Notes: a model not told the origin generated them from the letters alone. DNA of 56,507 nt, filler included, from Malassezia furfur (GCA_052055015.1; 3 parts of 3 records of this genome joined end to end with filler, not necessarily neighbours in it), one strand, 5' to 3'; positions 29,287 to 40,617 are shown, counted from the whole stretch's first letter. Numbers and translations are program-made.

Positions 29287-30924
29287 ATGCTGCGTGTGGC
29301 TGCCCGTGCGGCGTTCGTGGCTCTTGCGCTTGTCTGTGCGGTGCATGCGGCCCCTGCAGCAGTGCCGGCATTTGTACCCGGTACCTTTACCTATACGCCC
29401 AGTGGTGGTGCCGAGGCGCCGCTAGTCGAGCCGGCCAGCGTCGAGACGTTGCCCCAGCGCTATCTCGTTGCGCTTAAGCCCGGCGTGGCGACGAGCTCGT
29501 TTGCGGTGCACCATGCACGGATCGCCGACGCTCAGGCCTCGGCCAATGCCTTCCATGCGCTTAGCGGCGACGACCACGGCGTGCGCCACGTGTATGACCT
29601 CAATCAGCAGGTGATCGGCTACGCCGGCCGCTTCTCCGACGACGTCCTGGCGTACATCCGCGCGCAGCCCGAGGTGGAGTTCGTCGAGCTCGACCAGGTG
29701 GTGCGCACCACGATGCTGCCGCAGGGTGCAGAGCGTGTCGCGGAGATGCCTGCGCCGTCCGCCACCGCCGCCACGCTGCCCTTCCCGCCTTGGAGCGACC
29801 CGTACAAGCACCAGACGGAGACGGGTGCGCCGTGGGGCCTGGCGCGCATCTCGCATCGCGCGGGCCTGTCGCTCGGCACGTTTAACAAATACGTGTACGA
29901 GGCAATCGGTGGCGAGGGCGTCACGGCCTACGTGATCGATACCGGCATCTACACGCAGCACGAGGACTTCCAGGGCCGCGCGCGCTGGGGCAAGACGATT
30001 CCCCTGAACGACGTGGACGCGGACCAGCACGGTCACGGCACGCACTGTGCCGGTACGATCGGCTCGGCTACGTACGGTGTCGCGAAGAAGGCCGAGCTTG
30101 TGGCGGTCAAGGTGCTGGGTGCCGGCGGCCAGGGCTCCATGTCGGACGTCACCGCCGGTGTGTTGTGGGCGGTCGCCGACGCACAGCGGATCAGTGCTGA
30201 GCATGCTGCGAACCCCCACACGGAGGCCGCGCAAAAGCACCGCGGCTTTGTGGCCAGCATGTCGCTTGGCGGCTCCAAGTCGCCCGTGCTTGACCGTGCG
30301 GTGAACGGTGCGGTGGAGACCGGCATGCACTTCACCGTGGCGGCCGGCAACGAGAACCAGGACGCATGCAATGTGTCTCCGGCCGGCGCCGAGGCGCCGC
30401 TCACGGTGGGCGCGTCGACGATCGCCGACCAGCGTGCCTACTTTAGCAACATTGGCCCGTGCGTCGACATCTTTGGCCCCGGCCTCAACGTACTCTCCAC
30501 GTGGAACACGGGCCGGCGCGCCGTCAACACCATCTCGGGGACGTCGATGGCGACGCCGCACATTGCGGGGCTGCTTGCCTACCTGCTCTCGATCTACGGC
30601 TCGGCCGACTTTGAGGCGGAAGGCACGCCGGCGGTCGATGAGGCCGCGGTGCAGTACCGTGCGGTGCGCTCGTGGGCGACGCAGGCGCTCGCAGCGCTGC
30701 ACCCCTGGGTGCCCGCGGCGCTGCGCCCCGCGTGGGAGCTGTGGCTGCCCGCGGTGCGTGCGCCTGTGGTGGCCAAGGCCGACGATGGGATCAGCAGCGC
30801 ATTGACGCCCAAGCAACTGCGCCGGGCGCTGCTGCGCTTTGCGTCTGACGGCATGCTCGAGGGCCTGGACCACACCACAGTGAACCGGCTTGCGTACAAC
30901 AACGCGACGACGCTGTCTATGTAG
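29287..30924 (+). CDS. PRB1: Subtilisin-like (S8, proteinase K family) protease, vacuolar proteinase B-like, 545 aa
   Basis: Signal peptide, I9 propeptide, APWGLARISHR and the catalytic triad VIDTG / HGHGTHCAGT / SGTSMATPH. ATG at 29287; the longer ORF-track extension is antisense to AsnRS. Confidence 0.92.
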   Translation: MLRVAARAAFVALALVCAVHAAPAAVPAFVPGTFTYTPSGGAEAPLVEPASVETLPQRYLVALKPGVATSSFAVHHARIADAQASANAFHALSGDDHGVRHVYDLNQQVIGYAGRFSDDVLAYIRAQPEVEFVELDQVVRTTMLPQGAERVAEMPAPSATAATLPFPPWSDPYKHQTETGAPWGLARISHRAGLSLGTFNKYVYEAIGGEGVTAYVIDTGIYTQHEDFQGRARWGKTIPLNDVDADQHGHGTHCAGTIGSATYGVAKKAELVAVKVLGAGGQGSMSDVTAGVLWAVADAQRISAEHAANPHTEAAQKHRGFVASMSLGGSKSPVLDRAVNGAVETGMHFTVAAGNENQDACNVSPAGAEAPLTVGASTIADQRAYFSNIGPCVDIFGPGLNVLSTWNTGRRAVNTISGTSMATPHIAGLLAYLLSIYGSADFEAEGTPAVDEAAVQYRAVRSWATQALAALHPWVPAALRPAWELWLPAVRAPVVAKADDGISSALTPKQLRRALLRFASDGMLEGLDHTTVNRLAYNNATTLSM

Positions 30925-30955
30925 ATCGAACGACTCTTGTATTTCCACACCGCCC

Positions 30956-32053
30956 TCAGAAGTCGGGGAAGAAGCCGGGAAACTCGTCCGGCGCATCGAG
31001 CCGCCCGTACTCGGCCAAGTCCACCTCGGGGTACTTTTCAAACTGGCTCGCATCGCCCTCGACGGCGATGTTGGGGATGTAGGGCGCCGGGATCTCTTTG
31101 CGGTACAGGCAGTCCCAGTCGATCTCGGCGAACCACATATGCGAGAAAATGTCGCGGCTGCCGTGCTGCAGATTGCCGAACCGCTTCGAGAGGTCTGCCG
31201 TCAGCAGCGAGCGCAGCAGGTCCTTGGCGCCCACCTCAAAGAAGCTCGGGTACTGCACATTGCCCGCGAGAATCTTTTCATAGAGCTTGATCGGGTTTCC
31301 GTCCTCCGTGTAGAACGGCGGATAGCCTGCCAGCATCTCAAACAGCAGCACTCCGAGAGACCACCAGTCGACACTCTTGTTGTACCCGCGCGCGCGGATC
31401 ACCTCGGGCGCAAGGTAGTCGGGCGTACCACACAGCGTCCAGCACACACCAGTGGAGCCCGCCATGTCTTTGGCAAAACCAAAGTCGATCAGTTTGAGGT
31501 GTCCGTCGGCGCCTAGCAGGATATTCTCGGGCTTGAGATCCCGGTAGATGATGTCGTGCTTGTGCAAGAAGTCGATGGCCAGCGCGACCTCAGAGATATA
31601 GAATTTGGCGACCTGATGAGGGAAGCGCCGCGACTGCCGCAGCAGGGTAAACAGTTCGCCGCCAGGTACAAAGTCCATGACGATGTACAAAAATGTGGGA
31701 TCCTGGAACGTGCCCCATAGATTGATCAGGAAGGGATGCCGCACCATTGACAGCACATGGTGTTCGTTGTTTGCATGCTCAACCTGCTTCATTTTCACCA
31801 CATGCTGCTTGCGCAGCACTTTGACCGCATAGAAGCGCTGGTTGTGCTGGCTGCGCACGAGGTGCACGCGCCCAAACGAGCCGGTGCCGAGCGTGCGCAA
31901 AAATTGGAAATCCGAGAGCTTGTACCGCCCGCCGAGCTTCCGCACCGGAAGACTATTCACCACGCGCGGCGTGGTCGAGGCCATCTCGGAAGTGGCAGCA
32001 ACGCCGCTGCCAGCGAATGCCTCGGTCGCCGACGCGCCGGGTGTCGGAATCAT
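30956..32053 (-). CDS. cAMP-dependent protein kinase catalytic subunit
   Basis: [55 protein letters not shown] and the C-terminal FxxF (FPDF). Start is 32053 or 31984. Confidence 0.93.
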   Translation of the reverse strand: MIPTPGASATEAFAGSGVAATSEMASTTPRVVNSLPVRKLGGRYKLSDFQFLRTLGTGSFGRVHLVRSQHNQRFYAVKVLRKQHVVKMKQVEHANNEHHVLSMVRHPFLINLWGTFQDPTFLYIVMDFVPGGELFTLLRQSRRFPHQVAKFYISEVALAIDFLHKHDIIYRDLKPENILLGADGHLKLIDFGFAKDMAGSTGVCWTLCGTPDYLAPEVIRARGYNKSVDWWSLGVLLFEMLAGYPPFYTEDGNPIKLYEKILAGNVQYPSFFEVGAKDLLRSLLTADLSKRFGNLQHGSRDIFSHMWFAEIDWDCLYRKEIPAPYIPNIAVEGDASQFEKYPEVDLAEYGRLDAPDEFPGFFPDF

Positions 32054-32141
32054 GTCCCAGCCCGTCACTCGCCAAAACCGTCGGGAGCGTGTCGCACGGG
32101 CAGCCTAGTGCTGACTAAAAATACAGCCCTCGCCAGTTGCC

Positions 32142-32785
32142 ATGACGACGCGACGGGCGATCTCCGCCGCGACACTGCGTGCGGTGCGCGTACGCGCACC
32201 CATGAGCGCGGTCGCACGCGTATCCTACCCTGCGCTGCCTTTTGTACGAACAACGCCTTCCGTGGGAGTGCTTGTGCGCCACTATACGAGCGAGTCTGCG
32301 TACACGGCTGCGGACCTGTCCGCACAAGACTACAACCGGCGCGTCGACGCGTCGCTCGACGCCCTCACAGAGCAGCTTGAGGAGCTGCTTGAAACAGAAG
32401 ACATTGAAGAGATCGAGCGCACGCGCGGGAGCGGCGGGTCGCTCAGTGACTGGGACGTTGAATACGCCGTACGTTCTGGGCGCACGAGTGCCCAATCTCT
32501 CGAAACCATACTAACCAACAGACGGGGGTACTCAACCTGCGTTTGGGCTCGCTGGGCACCTATGTAATCAACAAGCAGCCGCCCTCAAGGCAGATCTGGC
32601 TCTCGAGTCCAACGAGGTACGTGCGCAACAGGAGCTGACTTCGAAGTGGCCCCAAGCGGTTTGACTATGACGCCGAAAAAGACGCATGGTTCACGTACAA
32701 GGACGGCCAACTATACCTTCTTCACGAGCTGCTGGACACCGAGCTGAGCGCCGTATTCGGCAAGACCCTCACTGTGGAGCTCTAA
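32142..32785 (+). CDS. YFH1: Frataxin, mitochondrial, 186 aa, 2 introns (32469-32521, 32617-32646)
   Basis: Arg-rich presequence; spliced [44 protein letters not shown]. Confidence 0.93.
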
Positions 32786-32988
32786 GCGAGGGCCCCACGC
32801 GTGGTCACGTGCCTTGGACCCCGGGCACGCCGCAAGCTGCAAGGCGCTGCACGTTGCCGCACGGTATGCATATAGCAACTTCACCGGGCCTGGTAGGCGT
32901 AGCTGGTGTAGGGAAAAAAACAAGCTGGGCTGAACCAGGCGCGGCTCGACATCGCACCGTCCCTTGGCAGAGGATCAAGCCTCGAACG

Positions 32989-33990
32989 ATGGCTCAACAA
33001 GCGAAAGGCATGGGCTCACGGCTTCTGCACCAGCTTGCTGGGCTGGGAGGCCAAAGCCATGCTAACGACGCTTCCAAAACACCTAGTTCGCCATCGGGAA
33101 CGAAGCCCTCTACCCCTTCCAAGGCCGGGTTGTTTGGCAAAGGCGTCGGCGCGTTGACGTCGTCGCCGTCCCACGCGGGCTCGTTCTCTGCGAACCAGAT
33201 GAGCCCCGCGCGTGCCAACATGTGCGGATTGGAGGGACAAATGTCGCGGTTTGGCGCGCAGGATGCCCAGCATGACATTAGCAATGTGAGCCAACAGGGG
33301 GACCATTCTTTTATGAATAATGTCCGCTCGCACCTGCCCTTTGGCGACCGGATGGGCCATGCGCTGCACGGTGCACAGGGCCATCTGCCGCAAAGCGAGC
33401 TGGAGCGGCTGCAGATGCAGCAGCAGGCACAGCGCCTCGCTCAGTCGCAGTTGCAGTACGGCCAACCCGAGATGCCGAGCACGGTACAGAACCAGATGGC
33501 CCAGAACCAGGGCCAGGGCACCGGTGCATCCGCAGAGTCGGCTCAGGCCCAGGCGCTTGCAGGCCGGACGATGCAGCAGGAGTACCCGTCGCAGCAATCG
33601 CGGCAGCAAGAGTTGGATAGGCTGACCGGCCAACTTCAGCAGGGCAATGCGAGCGGTGCGAGCCAGGACCCGAGGCTGTACCAGCAGGACCTGCAGAACA
33701 CACGGAGCGGTACGGAGCAGGATCAGTCAATTGCGTCGTATGCTGGTCTGGCACAGGGTCAGTCCGCCGCTCAAGCGGGTGCCCAGGGTCAGGGTCAGAC
33801 CCAATACGCACAATACTCGCAGCTTGTTCAGCAGTATCCTCAAGGTGGGCAGTACACCCAGCAACAATACGCACAGGGACAAGTGCCAACGGGCGGCGCG
33901 GGTACGCAGCAGCAGCAGCAGCCGGCGGCACAGCAGGCCTACGCCCAGCAGCAAGCATACGCCCAGCAGCAGTACTTGCAGCAGCAACAA

Positions 33991-34032
<42 letters not shown>

Positions 34033-37000
34033 TTGTCATCGGCACAGTCGTATGGACAAGTGCCCTCGGCACAGCAGGCGTATGCTCAGCAGCAGCAGCC
34101 CCAAGCTTATGCTCAGCAGCAGCAGCCTCAGGCTTATTCTCAGCAGCAGCAGCCTCAGGCCTATGCTCAGCAGCAGCAGCAGCAGCAACCTCAGGCGTAC
34201 GCACAGCAGCAGCAGCCCCAGGCGTATGCCCAGCAGCAGCCCCAAGCGTACACGCAGCAGCAGCAAGCGCAGGCCTATGCACAGCAGCAGGCCTATGCAC
34301 AGCAGCAGCAGCAGCAGCAGCCGTCTTCGCCGCAATCGCAATCGCAACCACAGTCCCAGCCTTCGGGCCCTTCGGCGCAGGCCAACCAAGGGTACACGCA
34401 GCCTGTGTATGCGTCCGCCGGCAATTTGACGACGGATGCGCAGGACGCAGCGGGTGCTGTGCCCGACGCGAGCCGCTCGACGGCGGCGCCGTCGGCCACG
34501 CAGTACGCGCAGGCCGACACGACGCTGCCGCGGGATGAGCCGACCGCCGGGGATCGGACGCTGGAGTCGATTACGTCGGCACGTGGGGGTGCGTATGCGC
34601 CCAATACCTCGACGGATGCGACGCCGACCAAGGGTGGCGCTGGGCGGCTGGAGCCTGCCGAAATTGCGCGCATGTCGCGGCAGTACTACATTGAGTTGCT
34701 GCACTACTTCCGGACGCAAACGACCAAGATTTCGCTGCTGACGCATTCGCGCAGCAATGCGCGTGAGAAGCTGTCGCGACTGAGCAAGCAGCAGTTTGCC
34801 GAGCTCTCGACCGACGTGCACGACGAGCTGAAGCGCCGGCAGGGAGCGATGGATGGCGACCAGCCGGTGCCGTTCCTGCCTGGGCGCGACGACTTTCACC
34901 CGAAGCGTAACCAGGCGCGGCAGAAGCTTGCGACGCTGCCCAAGAACCGTTTCCGTGACCTGGCCAGCGACGTTTTCTTTGAGTTGGAGCGCCGCTTCCC
35001 CGAGTTCCCCGCGGAGCTGCGCCCCGAGCCGCTGGAGGACATTATGACGCCCAAGGACGGCGACGCACAGCGCCAGTCGGTGCAGGACTCGCAGCGCGAC
35101 AGCACGCTGACCAGCGCGGCACCGCCGACGACCGCGACGCTGAACCGCGTGCCCTCGGCCGCGACCACGACGTCGGTGCAGACGAGCACCGCGGCGCGTG
35201 CGCCGCAGTCGCAGCTGTTTGTGCCCACGCGGAGCACGGCGGTGGAGGAGAGTGTAAATTTGCCCTACACGCTGCCGAGTCCGGCGGAGGCCGAGGCCAC
35301 GCGCGAGCTGACCGACCCCAATGCGGCGGCCACCGACGCGGCGATCGAGGCGCGGGCGGCGGCGCTGCAGGCACGCAGTGCCGACGAGATGCGCGAGCTG
35401 CGTGGCATGTACGAGGACCGTATCCATGCGCTTGAGCAGCAGCTGGGCAGTGCGACGCACGTCCGCGAGCAGCTCGAGCAGCAGCTCACTGCTGCCGAGG
35501 AGACGCGTGCGCAGCAGACGCGCTCCGCGCAGCAGTCGCAAGACGCGCTCGAGCAGGAGATGCGCAGTGCCCAGCAGGAGCTGCAGGTTGCACAGCAGGC
35601 ACGCGCAGCGCTCGAGGAGCAGCTGCGCGAGATGCAGCAGGCGCACAGTGACCTCCGCTCGCAGCTCGCCGGCACGGTCCAGGCACGCGAGCAGTTCCGC
35701 GGTGCGCTCAACGACCAGCAAACCCAGCGTGAAGCGCTCGAGTCGCACGCGCGCCAGCTGGAGCAGGCGCTCGACGCGCACCGCCGCGAGGTGGAGGAGC
35801 TGCGTGTGCTGCACGAGCAGCGCCAGACGGAGCTGGGCGAGCAGAGCCGTGCGCTGCAAAAGGCCAACGATGAGCTTGACCATCGCCAGACGGACTTGGA
35901 GGCGCTGCGCGCCGAGTACAGTCTGCTGCACGTTGCGCACGCCAATGCCACGCGCGAGGCGGCGCAGGTCGACGAGGCTGCGTGGAAGCGCGAGATCGAG
36001 CGGATGCAGCGCGACACGCAGCAGCAGCAGCAGTTTGTCCAGGAGCTGCGCACCGAGGTCGGCTCGCTGCTCGAGGAGCTGCGGCGCCTGAGCGCGCGCA
36101 ACGACGCCATGACCGCCGACAAGGAATCGGACGTGGCCATCATTCGCGACCTGCACGCGCAAATGTCGAGCTATAAGCGCCAGTTTGAGAATGCGCAGGC
36201 CGAGCTACGTGCGCAAAAGACATCGGCGCAGCCGCTGTGGGCGCAGCCGCTCCGCTCGGAAGAGTGGATGCACGTGTCGGAGCGCGGCGCGATTGCGGAC
36301 ACCAACCTCACCTCGTTCCAGACGTCGATCGACGAGCTGCTCGCCACGACGCGCGGCCCGACGCCGTCCAACGTGCTCGTGGCTATGAAGACCGTGGTGC
36401 TCTCCACCTCGTTGATCACCGACGACGTTGCCAAGTACGAGAACGCCGCGGCCAACGCCGAGCCGGGCATGCCCGGCGTCACGCCGCTCTCCACGGCGCA
36501 GTACAGCGACTTGCAGTCGCTCAAGGTTGGCATGTCGGAGGCGCTCGCGAACCTGATGAGCGCGTGCCGCAACCATGCCAACTCGCAGGGGTTGGCGCCG
36601 GTGAGCTTGGTGGACGCCGCGGCGACGCACGTCTCAATGGCTGTGGTCGAGATGATCAAGCTCGTCAAGCTCCGCAAGGTTGAGCAGCCCGACACGCTGG
36701 TGCAGCGCAGCACCGAGGCGGACACGTCGGCGAGCAGCGGTTTGCGCCCGCTGCACATCAGCCAGCGCTCGGCGATCGCCTCGCCGCCCAACTCGGCCAG
36801 CCTCGGCCTCGGCCGCACGCGCCGCCTGCCGAGCCAGGGCTCGCTGCGCGGCGTGTCCTACTCGGTGGAGCGCGGGGAGCGCGACGCGGAGCGCGACTCC
36901 AGTGCGCCGGCCACGCACGACTCCGATGGACCGGACGACTTTGTCCGCCCCCGCCAATCGAGCATCGGCATGGGCCGCTACTCGCCCGTGCGCTACGCCG

Positions 37001-37656
37001 CGTCGCGTGCACAGGAGCCCAACTTGCAGCCCGAGTCGAGCCGCGGCACGAGCGCCTCGCCGACGCCCGCGCAGAGCAACGTGCACTCCGAGCTGCAGAG
37101 CGGCTTGCGCGCGTTGGCGACGCACCGCCCGGACGAGGTGCAGGCGCACCAGGCGAGCCCGAGCTTGAGCGTCCGCACGCAGGACACGCAGCCGGCCGCG
37201 GGCATGCAGTCGAGCCCGAGCCTGACGCAGCCCGTCTCGCCGGGCGCCGGCCTGCGTGCGAGCCCGAGCGTGGGGCAGCCCATGTCGCCCACCACGGGCC
37301 TTGTGGCAAGCCCGAGCGTGGGGCAGTCGCCGTACCTGTCGCGCCCCACGCACGCACAGGTGCCGCAGCAGCGCTCGCCACTGGTCACGACGTTTAGCGC
37401 GGCGAGCTCCCCGGAGGTGAACGTGCCGAGCGCCCCGAGCTCGGTGCGGCACCCGTCGGGCGGCCCGACGGCGACGCATCTGCAGACCGCGCAGCCCAAC
37501 GTCGCGCAGAGCCCCGTGTCGCCGGCGTCAACGAGCGCCTCGCTGCCCAACGGCTCGCCGGTCACGACGCAGCGCATGTGGGACAACAGCGCGGCGGGCG
37601 CCGCGGGCGTCGGTGCCCGCGCTAAACGTCGTGACCAGTGGCGAGCGCTGCTGCGG
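32989..37656 (+). CDS. SPA2: Polarisome scaffold Spa2 (GIT/SHD-I repeats, coiled coil), 3'-truncated
   Basis: AREKLSRLSKQQFAELSTDVHDELKRR and FHPKRNQARQKLATLPKNRFRDLASDVFFELERR, then a long coiled coil and GLAPVSLVDAAATHVSMAVVEMIKLVK. ATG at 32989. Confidence 0.9.
33907..34320 (+). repeat. CAG microsatellite and QQQPQAYA coding repeats in the Spa2 N-terminus
   Basis: Uninterrupted Gln run of about 18 codons at ~33979-34032, followed by repeated cagcagcagcc(c/t)ca(a/g)gc-ta-gc units. Confidence 0.9.
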
Positions 37657-37756
37657 NNNNNNNNNNNNNNNNNNNNNNNNNNNNNNNNNNNNNNNNNNNN
37701 TTAATTAATTAANNNNNNNNNNNNNNNNNNNNNNNNNNNNNNNNNNNNNNNNNNNN
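37657..37756. other. Artificial contig linker
   Basis: N44-TTAATTAATTAA-N44, 100 nt. Confidence 0.98.
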
Positions 37757-39407
37757 CGTACGGGCGGAACTGGATGATGCCAATAAAGCACGTCTTGCGC
37801 CCGTAGCAGTGGCTCATGTAGATCCCGTCGGCATCCACAAAGCGCACCTCGACGGGGAAGTGGGGGCGCACGCCGTCGGGGCGTGCGTGTTCCTCGTCCA
37901 GCCACGCACGCAGCGCACGCAGTGCCGCGCCAGCGTACTCGTACGGGATCGCGTACTCGTACGTGTACTGTGGGAACAGACAGTCGAAGTTGAATACGTT
38001 CGGCGCCGCATCCACACGCACCTGCACCGCCGACGACGTCGACAGCGGCGCGAGGCCGGCGACCGGCGGCGCCGCACCCGCCTCGCGCGGCACCTTGGGC
38101 GGCGCCGCGTGCGTCCAGCGGTAGATCCAGCGCGCCACGCGCTGCGGCAAACCTGCGTGGAAGCGCGCGGAGAACAGCAGAAACTGGGAGAGGTGGTAGT
38201 GTACAACACGGTGATACAGCGCCGAGGCGGCGCTCGGCGCGTCCGCGGGCTTCTCGGTGCGCCGCGCACGGTCGATCGTCACCATCTCGGCCTGAGGGAA
38301 AATGAGCAAGCGCACATGCTCCGCGGACGACACAAGCGCCTCGATCCGCTGCTGCACGGCGCGCGTCGCCTCGCCGGCATTCCAGTCGACCGGCTGCACG
38401 CTCGGCGCCTCGACGGGCACGTAGGGGTACACGTCGCTCGGCGACGCGGACCGCGGCGGTGACACGTACGCGGGGGCCGCGGGCAAATCGACACCAGCTG
38501 CCAGCAGCACACCGAGCGCCGCGGGGTTGTGGGTAAAAGTGGTGTACGGCTCGCGCGCCAAAATCTCGGGCTGCAGCGATGACGGCGGCGGCGTATCGCC
38601 CAGGAGCACGTGCAGCGGCACGTCCTCGGTGATCTGCTCCAGGCGGAACGCGGGCTCCACCGACAGCGTCACGCTCACAATCACGCCCGTTGCGCCCAGG
38701 CCGCACAGCGACGCGTTGAACAAGTCAGCACGTTCCGTGCGGCTGCACGTCACGACCTGCGCGCCGGTCTGCAGCGGGCACACGAGCTCGAGCCGCTCAA
38801 CATGGGCGGACAGCACGGGGAAGTGGATGCCCGACCCGTGCGTCGCGGTGGAGATCACCCCCGCAATTGTCTGCTCCGAGATCGAACCGAGGTTGTGCAG
38901 GCCGAGCGGCGGGTCGTGCTGCGCGAGTACGCGTGTGATGGTCTCGAGGTAGGTGCCCGCAAGCATGGTCGCCATGCATGCGTCGCTGTCGATGTGCACG
39001 ACGCCCTGCAGCTCGTCCGTGCGGATGCTCCACCCGAGCGAGAAGGGCAGGTCGCTGGGGCTGTGGACACGCCCGATTGCGCGCACGGGGATCGGCGTCG
39101 AGCCACGCGCGCCACCGCGGCGCGCAAGCTCCACGATGGCGACCACCTGCTCAACCGAGTGGGGCGCAAACACGCGCCGCTGGGTGTGCGCAAATGCGCC
39201 GTCGTGTGTCGCCGCGTCGGAATGGTAGACGCCTGCCCAGTTGCGGAAGTGCGCAGCAGGCGCGTCGTGCGCGAGCTCGATGGGCGCAACGATCGCCTCG
39301 AGCGCCGACGTCGATACCGACTGCGCAAACGCGCTCGGCGGGTGCGCGCACCGCGCGCCAATGCCCGGCGTCGCGCGCTGCCGCTGGTCCAGCCGATGCT
39401 TGGGCAT
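37757..39407 (-). CDS. ALO1: ALO1-like lactone oxidase, copy 2 (3'-truncated)
   Basis: Counterpart of 17138-18788; truncated at the same nucleotide. Confidence 0.88.
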
Positions 39408-39435
39408 GTGGAGGTAGGAGCTACGGTGCGGCGGT

Positions 39436-40587
39436 CTATGCATTGCCCAGCAGCTCGGGCGACTGCGTCTTGACAAACTCGGACACGTGCTGCACCCGGT
39501 CACACCACCCAGACAGCCGTGCGAGCAGCGCCTTAGTCTGGTTCGTGTCGAGCACGCGCGGCTGCACCCACGTAATGCGCACGAGCTGTGCCGCCTCGTC
39601 GATCGCCCCGCGAATCAGACCGAGGCCCAGCGCCTTCATCACGAGGTGCTCGACCTCGTCCACCGGGATGTGCGTCTCTTGTGCGATCGTCTCAAACGAC
39701 AGCGTCCGGTTGTCGGTCGAGCGCTTGAACACGTTTTCAATGAGCGCCATCAGGCAGATCTTTTGCCGCAAAAACGCCACATTCGTCTCGAGGATCGGCT
39801 CCTGCCCGAGGCGGGGGATGAGCGACTCAAAGCGCCCAATGTCGCCCGCGTTGAATGCCACGAGCATGTCGCTCAGCCACGCGTGCTCCGTGTCGCGCAG
39901 CGTGGTCAGGATGGGGTGGAGGAGCAGCTCACCAAAGTTGTAGATGGTGTCGCCCAGCAGCGCCGAGATGGCGAGATCGTGCGCGCACTGCACCTGCTCC
40001 ACCACGCTCATCTCTGTCTCGTAGTTGATACATGCGAGGAACAGCAAAAAGTTGCGGTAGTAGTCCGCGTACTCGGCCTTCGACTTGTAGTAGTTGCCGC
40101 TCACGCGGTAGAACGACGCATGGACCACGGGCTCGACTGAGTCAAACGTGTCCAGCACTTTGGATGCCTTGTCCATCGCCGTCTTGGTGGCCACGACGTC
40201 ACCCAGCAGCAGCTGGAAGTGCGCCGCCTCCATCGACAGCAACACATACGCGTCCTGCCAGTCCTTTTCTTCGGCCTCCGTGGCCAGCGCATGCAGGAAA
40301 TCGTACGCCTTGGCGGCATCGGAGAATTGCCGCGAAACAATCACACCAAAGCTCGCGAGCTTGAGGTGGTTGATGTTCTTCGCAAAGGTGCGCACGAAGT
40401 TCTCGTAGAGGTCGATCTGGTAGGTGCCCTGCTGCGACGCCGGATGACGCAGGAACTCGTCAATCAGCAACGTCAGCTGGTACCATAGCTTTTTGCTGTG
40501 CAGCTCACGGAACTGCTCGTAAAAGGGGCGCAGCTCCGCGGGCGTCGCGGTGCTCTGCAGCGCCGATTCCAGGTACGCGTCCGCCAT
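39436..40587 (-). CDS. RPN9: Rpn9, copy 2
   Basis: 1152 nt as in copy 1; only four amino-acid differences seen. Confidence 0.95.
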   Translation of the reverse strand: MADAYLESALQSTATPAELRPFYEQFRELHSKKLWYQLTLLIDEFLRHPASQQGTYQIDLYENFVRTFAKNINHLKLASFGVIVSRQFSDAAKAYDFLHALATEAEEKDWQDAYVLLSMEAAHFQLLLGDVVATKTAMDKASKVLDTFDSVEPVVHASFYRVSGNYYKSKAEYADYYRNFLLFLACINYETEMSVVEQVQCAHDLAISALLGDTIYNFGELLLHPILTTLRDTEHAWLSDMLVAFNAGDIGRFESLIPRLGQEPILETNVAFLRQKICLMALIENVFKRSTDNRTLSFETIAQETHIPVDEVEHLVMKALGLGLIRGAIDEAAQLVRITWVQPRVLDTNQTKALLARLSGWCDRVQHVSEFVKTQSPELLGNA

Positions 40588-40617
40588 GGTCGTCGGTGCG
40601 TGCCACGCAAGCCCACG

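Noticed and set aside
3508..32053. Functional cluster of signalling genes (MID1, HOG1, Ran1-like kinase, PKA)
   Set aside because: They are interspersed with unrelated housekeeping genes and PKA is on a different contig; there is no evidence beyond chance adjacency.
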